Shown here piece by piece: positions 8,201-17,737 of a stretch of DNA of 64,000 nucleotides. Below the pieces are notes generated by a model. It saw only the letters and a program-made list of their open reading frames with translations. It was not told the origin of the DNA and made no database searches. Within the stretch, counting starts at the first letter, position 1, and every line of letters begins with the position of its first letter. The stretch comes from a virus. Lineage: Duplodnaviria; Caudoviricetes. The translations under genes were made by a program, and so were the position numbers. Location of the stretch: the IMG/VR virus record IMGVR_UViG_3300005611_000006. The stretch is one strand, 5' to 3'.

Positions 8201-11200
8201 GATAATAGTTTTAAATTATCATCAACAAAAAATTTAAACAATATTGTAGATTTTGACCTAATTGACAGTTCAGTTCACATCTTTGAATATTCTCCAATAA
8301 GAGTAGATATTTTAGGATCGTTAACAATTTCTGGAATTTCTACAATAGGAACTTCTGCAGTATTAACCCCAGTAGTTAGAGGATCGATTAATGATATAAA
8401 AATTGAAGAATCTGATCCTGAATATAATTCAAACTATACTGCATATCTTAACTATAACCTTAACCCGACAATTAGAGTTGTTAATGGAAAAGGTGCATTT
8501 CTACAACCAGTAATTACTAATGGTAAAATCACTAATGTAATTATTTTGAGCCAAGGTGAAAACTACTTTAATTCACTGGAAATTGATGTTATTGGAGTAG
8601 GTAATGGAGCAAAGTTATCTCCAGTAGTTGTTAATGGTAGAATTACCAGTGTAAACATTATAAACAAAGGTATTGGATATGACTCAAACACAACAATTAA
8701 AATTAGAACTATAGGATCCAACTTTAGTGCGATAGGTGAAATTAAAAGTTATACTTTAAATGAAGTTGATAGATATCCAAATTCTATACTAAAGAGAGGT
8801 ATTATTGTTAATGATGTTTACCACCCTGATCAAAACATATATGGAGTTTATAAGTTAACAGATACTTTAGAATCTTTATTAAATTTAAATGATGCAAATA
8901 GACATTCTCCGATAATTGGATGGGCATATGATGGTTGTCCAATTTACGGACCTTATGCGTATGAAAATCCTGATGGTACTGGTAATATTATTGAAATGAC
9001 CAGTAGTTATAAAAAATCTAAAGTAGGAGATATTCCTTTAGGTCTCATAGAAGATTATTCTTATATTCAAAATCGTGGTTCTTTAGATAAGCATAATGGA
9101 AGATACTGCATTACTCCAGAGTATCCAAATGGAGTTTATGCATATTTTGCAACTTCAAAATTTCCTTATTTTATAGGAGATACATATAAGTTCACTCCAT
9201 TACCAGAAAATTTTGATTTCCATCATACTCAAAATTTAAACTATAATCAATTAGATATTGTTAAAAATACTTTACCGTACTACGTTGAAGATGAATTAAA
9301 TTACTATGATTATTTTGATTATAGACCAAATCCCGAAAAGGAAGAAGCATTTGTACTAAAAAGTTTATCAGGAGATATTGATAGTATTGATGTGGTAGAT
9401 TCTGGTGAAGGTTATTCTATAGGGAGCAAATTAATATTTGATAATACTGGTACAGGTGGATATGGTGCATCAGCAGAAATTACTGAACTTTCTGGAGTTG
9501 GTATCTCATCTATAGAATCTACTACTAAAACAATTCAAAATATAACATTCATTTCAGATAATAATACTATTATAGGAGTTGCTACAACTGCACATAATTT
9601 CAAAGATGAGTATTTTATAAAAATCTCAGGAATTACAAGCACTACTTTTATATCTTTAAATGGAGTTAAAAAGATAAATGTTGATGAGATTGTAACAAAT
9701 CTAGAAGATGCTTTAGATTCTGAGTCTGTAACTGGAATTACAACTTCAATTAAGATTAAAGATTCTATAACAATTTTTGATATAGATTCTAAAATAAGAA
9801 TTTCTAATGAGAATGCAACTGTTATTGGTCTTGACTACTTAAATAATAGAATTAATATCTTAAGAGAATCTTCATCTCCATCATATGCAGTTGACGAATA
9901 TGTTTATTTAAATCAAAATAAATTTTATTTTGAAGAAAATAAATCTTTAGATCTCCCAGAAGCAAATGTATCATATTATTTTGATTCTAATCTTGTATCT
10001 ATTGGAATAGATACCTCTGTAGGAGCAGGAAATACTATTACTTCATATCCACTTGGAGTTGGAGTTTCGCAAACGAAGTACATTAGAACAGCAGGAATCT
10101 GGATGCCCAATCACAGATTTAAATCTGGTGAATCTGTATCTTATTCTAATGATAGTGCATTTTTAAATGTACAAACAAGTTTAAGTAGTCAGTTCTTATC
10201 GGATTTTTCTAATTTATACATTGTAGACTTTGGAAATGATGTAGTTGGATTAACTACTATTCAAAATGAGTTTAGTGGATTGTTATATTATACCAGTGCT
10301 GGAACAGGAAGACTCCACAAACTAAAAACAAATAGAAATATAATTTCTGGTCAAGCGATATTTAATGAAACTATTGTTTCAACAGCATCTTCTCACGGGT
10401 TAGATGTTGGTGACAAAGTAAAGTTAAATGTTACTTCTGGTTTAACTACAAATTATACTGTAACATATAGTTCGGGAAATGCAAAACTAAGAATTGATGG
10501 TGATAATAATCCAGAAATAAATGTTTACAGAAATCAAAAAGTTGTATTTGATACTTCTGCATCATCATTAAATAGAACTCATTTTAAACTGTATACAGAT
10601 AGTGATTATAAAAATGAATATATTGGAACTGGAAATTCTGGAGTTGAAGTTGTAGTTGGAGTTAACTCTGTAACTTTAAATATTCAAGATACAACTTTAT
10701 CAACTCTTTATTATAATATTGAATCCACATCTAAAAAAGTATTTGATGATGAAACAGTTTTTAATCACAATAGAATAAATGTTAAACAAAGTCTTTATAA
10801 TATTACTAGTGGAATCGTTACTAATACAAATGAATCTTTTACAGTTAATTTACCATATTCTCCAGAAGAAAATAATTATAGTTCATCTGATTCTAATAAA
10901 ATTTCTTATACAGTTAGAGAATCTGATGTTTTAGGTCCAATTTCTGAAGTAAAAGTAACTTCTAAGGGAGTTGATTATAAAAAAATTCCATCTATTAAGA
11001 GTGTAGAAGGTGATGGTAAAGATGCCGTACTAATTCCTATAACTAAAAACATTGGAAGAGTATCTGAAATAGGTCCTTTAGCAGTTAATATATGTCCTTC
11101 TGATAAAACTTTAGTTCCAACTTCAAATTTATATTCAGTTCTATATTTAAAAAATAACTATAAAGTATCTACAGTAGACTTAACTTTTTCTGGAAAAAAT

Positions 11201-13441
11201 TATTTAAATCCTCCTAAAGTAAAATTATTTAATACAGAAACAAATTCTTTAGAAGATTCCTTTAGTGCATTCTGTAATTTAAAAGGAAATACTGTTGACG
11301 AAATATTAATTATTAATCCTGGTAATGGTTTACATAGATTTTCTAATAAATTAGTATTTACAGATAATTCTAATGGAGTCAAGATTTTAAGTGCAAGTTC
11401 TGTACAAGATTCTCCTTCACTGTATACAGTTTCATTAACTCTTGAGACACCATTATCTGGATTTACAACTTCAAATCCTCCACCATTTGATCTCAATGAT
11501 GATATATTTGTTGAAAATCTTGGCACTAACTATGATTCATCAGATTATTCTTATAATACATTTAAAGTAGTAGGAATAGTTACTAATTATAGTAGTGAGA
11601 ATGAAACCATATTAAGATATCAAGTCTCTAAGTCTCCTGGTAGTGTGCTTTCATATGATAATGCTTATGTAATTAATTCAAATGATCTTCCGCAAGCAAA
11701 TGTTTCATTGATTCAAAGTTCATTTATTGCTGGAGAAGATATTAATGGTGAAAAGTCCATATCAAACAAAATAGATAATTATACAAATAATATTGTAAAA
11801 GTTGAAGATTTAGAATCAATAAAAGTTGGAGATGATATTAAAGGAAACTTAAGTTTTTCAGAGGGAAACGTAGTTAAGATTGATAAATTTAGTTCAAAGT
11901 TCAATGTTAGTAATAGTATTTCTAGTAAATTCGGATGGAAAGAATTTAAAGGAAAACTTTCTGTAAATGATCAAAATTTATCTGATAACGATTATTATCA
12001 AAATTTTTCATATTCTTTACGTAGTAAAATACAAATTTCTGATTGGAATTCTCAAGTTTCTGATTTAAATCATATTGCAGGATTTAAAAAGTTTAGCGAT
12101 CTACAAGTAGAATCTAAATCGACTATATCTGGACAACAATCTAATTCGTCTTCTATAGTTAATGTATCAATAAATTCTTTTGGAGATATAAACACAAAAA
12201 ATAATTTTGATCTAGTTTTAGAGGACGTTGATGAAAATAATAATGAATATTCTGAATTATTAAAATTCAGGTCTAGGAAACTTTCTGACTATTTACTTTC
12301 AGAAGAAAATAGAGTTTTGTCTATAGATAATGTATCAACAAATTTTAATAATCAAACTTCCTTTGCAGAAATTATAGTAGACACTTTACCAACAATTAAT
12401 ACTGGAGGAATAGTTGCAAAATATTTTGTTCTTATAGAATCTACAACTTCACTTTTTACAGACTTTGAACTTCCTTTACTTGCAGAAGTTTTTATAACTA
12501 AACAAAGTGATTCTATTAATGGAGGAGTAAGTTTAATTACATACTCTTACTTTGAAGACATTCCATTAGGAACATTTACTTCTGCATTGAATCCTCAAAA
12601 TAAAAATGAAATTTTATTGAAGTTTGCACCAATAAATGTTAATAATATAATATCAGCTAGAACTATAACAGACTATATTCCTTTAGATGTATCTACAGAA
12701 AGTAACAGTTATGGAAATGTTAATAGTGTAGCAATTACTAGCACGTTTCCTGCAGAAAGTTCTCCAACACAAAAAGAAATTATACTATCTCCTTTATCTG
12801 AGTGCCAGTCTGGTTCAATATATGTTGGTATTGCTTCAGTTGCTTCTCAAATTGAAGAATTTAAAGAAATTGGATTTTTATATAATGGGACAAATGTTTT
12901 ATTCACTACTTATTCTGAAAGTGAATTAAATAATTTAGGAGAGGTTGGAATTTCTACAAGTGGAAGTAATTTAGTTATTACATATGATGGAATTGCAAAT
13001 ACAGGTGTTACTGTGTATGTAGATTCAACCTTACTTGTAGAAACTCAAACTTCTCCAAATCAGATTCAAAGTGATTATGGACTATTAAATAGTTCAAGGT
13101 CACAATTTACTGGAAGTTCCCCAGTAGGACTAACAACAATTACTTCAGATTATGGAGTTTCAAATTTTATAGTTGAAATTGAAAAAACTGTTGGTGTTAC
13201 ATTAACAAGATCTGTTGCTCAAATAAATGCAGTTCATTATGATATAAACTTCTTAGAGAATAAATATTTGGCAAATATTACTTATAGTGCTCTCGGTAAT
13301 TTCAATGACATAGATTTTGATTTAACTTTCGATCCAGGTTCAAACTCTTATACTCTTTCTTATGTTCCGTCTGAAGTTGGAACTTTTGATATAAAATTAT
13401 CTCAAAAGAGTATATTAAGATCCACAAATCCATTATTGTAA
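5261..13441 (+). CDS. gp7: Giant baseplate wedge protein (gp7-like) with a YHYH-type domain
   Basis: N-terminal QIPEFI...FLKQYY and KDFYQSKGTDESF..LFKVLFG; position between gp6 and gp8; HSPIIGWAYDG.PIYGPY...LDKHNGRYC; DNDYYQNFSYS motif. Confidence 0.75.
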   Translation: MNQDKKVIKISDVVENQIPEFIFTENPNFAEFLKQYYISQEFQGGTVDIAENLIEYKNFDSFDSSNLITKTTLSSDIDIFEETIPVVSTKGWPEKYGLLKINDEIITYTGITTNSFTGCVRGFSAIESIVKENDPEYLVFSQSESDFHKDGDSVDNLSNLFLIEFFKKTKSQFIPGFEDLNFDSRIDIPNFISKAKDFYQSKGTDESFEILFKVLFGEKVEVIKPKDFLFAPSDDKWIVVENFVCDLVEGDPLKLNGQTLYQDKNISGSVLESNGSIYSVSSLNIGENIFYKVSIFSGYSNNLNPKGSIFGEFKTTPKTYVVSEVSSNSTTIPVVSTVGFDSSGKLIIDGSEITYTDKTSTEFLNCSGIQSDINSSTKVYADNFVYSYEDGNINSVVKLRIINTVSNIDSSGLVLINEGDKINIKNLGSTEKSIFTESLNYNVPSIIFAGKVFPAETNIGSLDEGISINGFVKTKYPHYLKEGDAVEVYNSSRGEKITNSIVSNVNSERSFTISDAQNLKNYKNNQIKIRRIPFRSNSSMYPEINGIFAVNIQNSYEDSNCYYVESNGLPDNNIKPYKKEYSFSCDNDTLTIISDSNNGSEHYYENGDVVNISNIVGVSTILSTNIDYYIKKLNVDEVKIARSLLDVIQNNFITPDIEQVTLTSKSLYGKQFTSSKSFKKILKNIDYTKTEKTTKPGSIGILVNGVEIQNYKSSDKVYFGNLENIKVLNSGSGYDLLNPPTFEINDGTDTTSSIIPQMEGIVESIIVSDPGYDYVETPIVTIKNGSNEEIKTEVRMKLISRELEFNAANSDIVATLDIEEKFIFTEPHRLIVGDGVIYDSSSGTKIGIGTQVSDGTLLDDSVYFVSSIGAGTSFRLAPTYNDAINETNLIKLRTLGTGIQKFTSVKKVKVIDSVNITDSNPVLKYKKVVAREDDINKYDNIINIKNHGFLSGDEISYSYSSGSGLDGLLVSQYYYIVKIDDNSFKLSSTKNLNNIVDFDLIDSSVHIFEYSPIRVDILGSLTISGISTIGTSAVLTPVVRGSINDIKIEESDPEYNSNYTAYLNYNLNPTIRVVNGKGAFLQPVITNGKITNVIILSQGENYFNSLEIDVIGVGNGAKLSPVVVNGRITSVNIINKGIGYDSNTTIKIRTIGSNFSAIGEIKSYTLNEVDRYPNSILKRGIIVNDVYHPDQNIYGVYKLTDTLESLLNLNDANRHSPIIGWAYDGCPIYGPYAYENPDGTGNIIEMTSSYKKSKVGDIPLGLIEDYSYIQNRGSLDKHNGRYCITPEYPNGVYAYFATSKFPYFIGDTYKFTPLPENFDFHHTQNLNYNQLDIVKNTLPYYVEDELNYYDYFDYRPNPEKEEAFVLKSLSGDIDSIDVVDSGEGYSIGSKLIFDNTGTGGYGASAEITELSGVGISSIESTTKTIQNITFISDNNTIIGVATTAHNFKDEYFIKISGITSTTFISLNGVKKINVDEIVTNLEDALDSESVTGITTSIKIKDSITIFDIDSKIRISNENATVIGLDYLNNRINILRESSSPSYAVDEYVYLNQNKFYFEENKSLDLPEANVSYYFDSNLVSIGIDTSVGAGNTITSYPLGVGVSQTKYIRTAGIWMPNHRFKSGESVSYSNDSAFLNVQTSLSSQFLSDFSNLYIVDFGNDVVGLTTIQNEFSGLLYYTSAGTGRLHKLKTNRNIISGQAIFNETIVSTASSHGLDVGDKVKLNVTSGLTTNYTVTYSSGNAKLRIDGDNNPEINVYRNQKVVFDTSASSLNRTHFKLYTDSDYKNEYIGTGNSGVEVVVGVNSVTLNIQDTTLSTLYYNIESTSKKVFDDETVFNHNRINVKQSLYNITSGIVTNTNESFTVNLPYSPEENNYSSSDSNKISYTVRESDVLGPISEVKVTSKGVDYKKIPSIKSVEGDGKDAVLIPITKNIGRVSEIGPLAVNICPSDKTLVPTSNLYSVLYLKNNYKVSTVDLTFSGKNYLNPPKVKLFNTETNSLEDSFSAFCNLKGNTVDEILIINPGNGLHRFSNKLVFTDNSNGVKILSASSVQDSPSLYTVSLTLETPLSGFTTSNPPPFDLNDDIFVENLGTNYDSSDYSYNTFKVVGIVTNYSSENETILRYQVSKSPGSVLSYDNAYVINSNDLPQANVSLIQSSFIAGEDINGEKSISNKIDNYTNNIVKVEDLESIKVGDDIKGNLSFSEGNVVKIDKFSSKFNVSNSISSKFGWKEFKGKLSVNDQNLSDNDYYQNFSYSLRSKIQISDWNSQVSDLNHIAGFKKFSDLQVESKSTISGQQSNSSSIVNVSINSFGDINTKNNFDLVLEDVDENNNEYSELLKFRSRKLSDYLLSEENRVLSIDNVSTNFNNQTSFAEIIVDTLPTINTGGIVAKYFVLIESTTSLFTDFELPLLAEVFITKQSDSINGGVSLITYSYFEDIPLGTFTSALNPQNKNEILLKFAPINVNNIISARTITDYIPLDVSTESNSYGNVNSVAITSTFPAESSPTQKEIILSPLSECQSGSIYVGIASVASQIEEFKEIGFLYNGTNVLFTTYSESELNNLGEVGISTSGSNLVITYDGIANTGVTVYVDSTLLVETQTSPNQIQSDYGLLNSSRSQFTGSSPVGLTTITSDYGVSNFIVEIEKTVGVTLTRSVAQINAVHYDINFLENKYLANITYSALGNFNDIDFDLTFDPGSNSYTLSYVPSEVGTFDIKLSQKSILRSTNPLL

Positions 13442-13447
13442 AATAAA

Positions 13448-16150
13448 ATGCCAGTATCAGGTTCTACAAATTCAGTATATGTACCAACTAGTCTTGGTGT
13501 TAATTCCTTTAAGTTAAAGCATAGAGGAGATTCAATTTTCTATAAAATTTTTAATGCATCAGATTCTGAAATTATAGACCTAGATAGGGATAGAATAAAA
13601 ATTAAAAATCACTTTTTTAAAACTGGAGAAAAATTAACTTACGAAATTGAGGAAGGTGGACAAAGATTAGGAATTTCTACATTAAGTCCTGGAAATACTT
13701 TATCAACTTCATTTTTACCAGATGAGGTATATCCAATAGTTGTTGATTCTGAAAATATAAGACTTGCTTTTAGTACTTCATTAGCAGAATCAAATCAATA
13801 TATAGATATTACTTCTCTTGGAATTGGAACAGTTCAATCCTTTGAAGCAGAAAAGCAAAATACAAAGTGTATAATTCTAATTGATAATATTATACAATCT
13901 CCAGTTTCTGTTGCATCTACTGTAGGTATAACAGATTTTACCTCAAGTAATTTAGTTTTAAATAATTTAGATAACATAAACATAGGATCAACTCTTAAAA
14001 TAAGTGATGAATTAGTTAAAGTAACAAAAGTTGATTATTCAAATAATACAATAACTATTTTAAGAGGTCCAGATTACTTAGGTACTGAAAAAGAAGATTT
14101 TACATCTGCAACTACAGTTGCTAGTGTAATGTCTGGACAATATAATATTGTTGAGGACGTTATTTACTTTTGTGATCCTCCATTTGAAGGTATTAGACTT
14201 AAGTATCAATTAACCCCTTCAGATTTTAATTATCTTGATAATTCTTTTAATATATTTGATAGTAAAATAGAAACTGGTTCAATTATAACAATATCCTCAC
14301 AAAATCCCCCAGAAGGATTAGAAGGATCTACAACTTACTTTGCAATTAAAAATACTGAAAATAATTTCAGCTTTGCCGAAACTTATAATAAAGCAATTTC
14401 TGAAGATGCAATTACTATTCAAAATTTAGGTGGAATTGATCCAACAGCACCAGTAACTGATGTTGATTTATTTTTATTAGATATAACTGGAGGTAGCACC
14501 TTTGAAGGAAGAGTTTTTCTTAGAAGTGATTATACAGGAAATATTGTATTTGATGATTTTTCTGAGCAATTTAATGGAATAACTTCATCTTTTGAACTTA
14601 CGCAATCTGGAATATCTACTGTAGGAATAAAGTCTGATAATGGAATTGTTTTGATTAATAATATTTTTCAGTATCCTGAATTTGATGAATCATTTTATTT
14701 TGATGAGTCTGGATCTTCAACAAATATAATTTTTACAGGAATATCTTCTGCAAATGGATTTACTACTACTAAAGATTATGATGTGAATGTTAGAGGTCTT
14801 CCAAGAAATGGTATTATAGTTTCTTATGGAACAACTAATGGAACTAATTATCAACCTCAAAGAAGTGCATCTTTATATGAAACTGAAATAGTTGAAGATG
14901 GAAATGGATTTTATATTATTGATAATGATAATATTGGAATTGCTTATAGTGGTTCTGGATATAGAGATGTCGCAGGATATGCAACTTCAGTATTCTTTGA
15001 AAACATATATGGACAAAGAATTTCAGGATATGGTACAGCAATAATTGAAAATGGATATGTAACTAGTATCGATATTTCCATAGGTTCAACATATTTACCA
15101 TCAGATCCAACACCAGTTATAAAAATTGATCCTCCAATTCCATATTCAAATGTTGAACTTTCTGGAGTTTCGAATGGAATTGGTGCTAAAGCATCTTTAG
15201 TAGTTAATGATGATGGTACAATATCTAAATTAACTCTTACTAATACAGGATATGGGTATACAGTTGGAGAAGTTCTTACAATCCCATCTATTGTTGGCAC
15301 ATCTACTCAAATTTCTTCAGAAAGGATAGAATTTACAGTTTTAAGCGTTGGTAAAGATACATTTTCTGCTTGGAATATCGGTAATCTTAGAAAATTAGAT
15401 GATTTGAGTCAGTTTGCAAATGGCACTAGAAGATCTTTTAATATTAAAGAAAATGGAGATCTTCTCAGTTTAGAATCTACTCCAGGATCAGATATAGATA
15501 TTTCTCAAAATCTTTTAATATTTGTAAATGATGTTTTGCAAACTCCTGAGGATTCATATTCATTTACTGGAGGAACTCAAATTATATTTTCTGAAGCTCC
15601 TCCAGCAGGAAGTTCTGTAAAAGTATATTTCTACTCTGGTAGTCAAGGTGATACATCTATTGTTGACATAATACCTCCAATAGAAATTGGAGATGAACTT
15701 AATATAAAGAAAATAGTAGAAAAAAATCCAGAAACTCAGTTAAAAAGAACTGCTAAAAGAATTATATCTTCTGATATTTTAAAAACTGAACTGTATGATG
15801 ATAAAGGTCTATCTTTTGATTCATTTACATATAGACCAATAAGTTTAACACCGCAAAAAAGAGATATTTTAATTGGTGGAGAATATATAACTAAATCAAG
15901 AGAATCATTAAAATCTAAACTTATTTCTTATACATTTATTACTACTGCACCTGGAACATTTGTAGGGATAAATACAAATTCTGTTGGAATTGATACTACT
16001 TCAATTCAGATTGGTGATTACCTCGAATCTGAGTACACTGATGGACATACCATCATATCAATTTCTGCTGGTGAAGTTGGTCTATCAACAGACTCTACTT
16101 TTGATGGAAGTGTTTCTCCTGTTGATTGTAATATATGGAGAAAAATTTGA
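13448..16150 (+). CDS. Virion structural protein (baseplate-associated)
   Basis: NHFFKTGEKLTY repeat type, FDDFSEQFNG and LLIFVNDVLQ.P..SY modules; synteny with gp7 and gp8. Confidence 0.7.
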   Translation: MPVSGSTNSVYVPTSLGVNSFKLKHRGDSIFYKIFNASDSEIIDLDRDRIKIKNHFFKTGEKLTYEIEEGGQRLGISTLSPGNTLSTSFLPDEVYPIVVDSENIRLAFSTSLAESNQYIDITSLGIGTVQSFEAEKQNTKCIILIDNIIQSPVSVASTVGITDFTSSNLVLNNLDNINIGSTLKISDELVKVTKVDYSNNTITILRGPDYLGTEKEDFTSATTVASVMSGQYNIVEDVIYFCDPPFEGIRLKYQLTPSDFNYLDNSFNIFDSKIETGSIITISSQNPPEGLEGSTTYFAIKNTENNFSFAETYNKAISEDAITIQNLGGIDPTAPVTDVDLFLLDITGGSTFEGRVFLRSDYTGNIVFDDFSEQFNGITSSFELTQSGISTVGIKSDNGIVLINNIFQYPEFDESFYFDESGSSTNIIFTGISSANGFTTTKDYDVNVRGLPRNGIIVSYGTTNGTNYQPQRSASLYETEIVEDGNGFYIIDNDNIGIAYSGSGYRDVAGYATSVFFENIYGQRISGYGTAIIENGYVTSIDISIGSTYLPSDPTPVIKIDPPIPYSNVELSGVSNGIGAKASLVVNDDGTISKLTLTNTGYGYTVGEVLTIPSIVGTSTQISSERIEFTVLSVGKDTFSAWNIGNLRKLDDLSQFANGTRRSFNIKENGDLLSLESTPGSDIDISQNLLIFVNDVLQTPEDSYSFTGGTQIIFSEAPPAGSSVKVYFYSGSQGDTSIVDIIPPIEIGDELNIKKIVEKNPETQLKRTAKRIISSDILKTELYDDKGLSFDSFTYRPISLTPQKRDILIGGEYITKSRESLKSKLISYTFITTAPGTFVGINTNSVGIDTTSIQIGDYLESEYTDGHTIISISAGEVGLSTDSTFDGSVSPVDCNIWRKI

Positions 16151-16177
16151 TAAATAAGGATAAAATAGACTTTTAAA

Positions 16178-17734
16178 ATGCCAGCAATTATATCAGACAA
16201 TTTAAAAATTCAAAATTGCTCTAATTTTATCTCTCAAGTTGCAGGTTCGGCAAATAATAACAATGAATCTAATTACTATATGTTCATTGGACTTGCGAAT
16301 CCTGATGAGTATTTTTTAGATTGGGATTCAAATCCACAATCACCAATAGATAATACAACTTATCTAAATTCTTATAGAGATAATATTCTTGGAGTTAAAA
16401 GAATAAAAGAATCAGATGTAGTTAGAGTTATTCCTAAAGTTGAGTGGAAGACTGGAACTACTTATGATATGTATAGACATGATTATAGCATACATAACCT
16501 TACAAAAGTAACTGGATTTAGTAGTTTATACGATAGTAATTATTACGTTATAAATGATTATAGAGTTTATATTTGTTTAAGTAATGGTGCTTCATTCTCT
16601 AATAGTATGAAGGGATTACCTTCTACCATAGCCCCAGTTCATACTGACACTGCAGATTTAACTGATAAAGGAGATGGATATGTTTGGAAATATCTTTATA
16701 CTATTACTCCTGGAGATTTCTTAAAATATGATTCTACTGATTTTATTTCAGTTCCAAATAACTGGAAAACTTCTTCAGATGCTTCAATCATATCTGTTAG
16801 AGGAAATGCTATAGATGGAGAGATAAAAATTGTTCTCATTGAAAAATCTACAGCATACAATATTACCTCAAATACTGTTACTTGTAATATTGAAGGGGAT
16901 GGAACTGGAGCAACTGCATCAGTAACTTTTGACAACTTAGGTAAACCAATCAAAGTTCAAGTTTTAACTGGTGGATCTGGATATACTTTTGGAACTTTGA
17001 ATCTAGATGCTGTAGTTTCTCCTATAGATAGTTCTAATAAGTCTATCTTTAATGTAATTATTCCTCCAGAAGGTGGTCATGGTGCTGATATATACAAAGA
17101 ATTGGGAGCGTATAGAGCTTTAGTTTATAGTAGAATAGAAAACTCATTAACAAACCCAGACTTTATTGTAAATAATCAATTTGCAACAGTTGGAATTATA
17201 AAAGATGTTAAGACATATAATACCTCAGGACTTTTTACAGATGATACTGGATCAGGTTTATATGGTATAGCACTTAATACTACTGATGTATTAGCGAGTG
17301 ATTCATTTATAGAGCAATCATCTACTAATGCTAGAGGAACTTTAATCAGTAGTTCGGAAGTTTCAGGTGTAACTATAGTAAAATACTCTCAAAGTAGAGA
17401 TGATTATACAGACTACTATAATTCAAATAATATTATAAAAACTTTCGATCCTTATATTGTAAATCCAGATTACTCAGGTATAACTACATCTACGGTTTAT
17501 AGTTCTAGCGAATTTGATATTACTGATGTAACAATTTCTTCTACTAATTATGGTGTTGCAAACATTAGTGGGAATGAATATGAAGGAGCATATCTTGGTC
17601 AAACATTTACATCAGGTATTTCAAAACCTGACATAAATACAAAGAGTGGTGATATTTTGTACGTAGATAATCGAGCATCTGTAACCAGATCATCACAACA
17701 AAGAGAAGACATTAAAATTATTATAGAGTTCTAA
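16178..17734 (+). CDS. gp8: Baseplate wedge subunit gp8
   Basis: W..GTTYDMYRHDY, YRVYICLSNG, DGYVWKYLYTI, PPEGGHG and SGDILYVDNR...EDIKIIIEF. Confidence 0.92.
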   Translation: MPAIISDNLKIQNCSNFISQVAGSANNNNESNYYMFIGLANPDEYFLDWDSNPQSPIDNTTYLNSYRDNILGVKRIKESDVVRVIPKVEWKTGTTYDMYRHDYSIHNLTKVTGFSSLYDSNYYVINDYRVYICLSNGASFSNSMKGLPSTIAPVHTDTADLTDKGDGYVWKYLYTITPGDFLKYDSTDFISVPNNWKTSSDASIISVRGNAIDGEIKIVLIEKSTAYNITSNTVTCNIEGDGTGATASVTFDNLGKPIKVQVLTGGSGYTFGTLNLDAVVSPIDSSNKSIFNVIIPPEGGHGADIYKELGAYRALVYSRIENSLTNPDFIVNNQFATVGIIKDVKTYNTSGLFTDDTGSGLYGIALNTTDVLASDSFIEQSSTNARGTLISSSEVSGVTIVKYSQSRDDYTDYYNSNNIIKTFDPYIVNPDYSGITTSTVYSSSEFDITDVTISSTNYGVANISGNEYEGAYLGQTFTSGISKPDINTKSGDILYVDNRASVTRSSQQREDIKIIIEF

Positions 17735-17737
17735 AAA

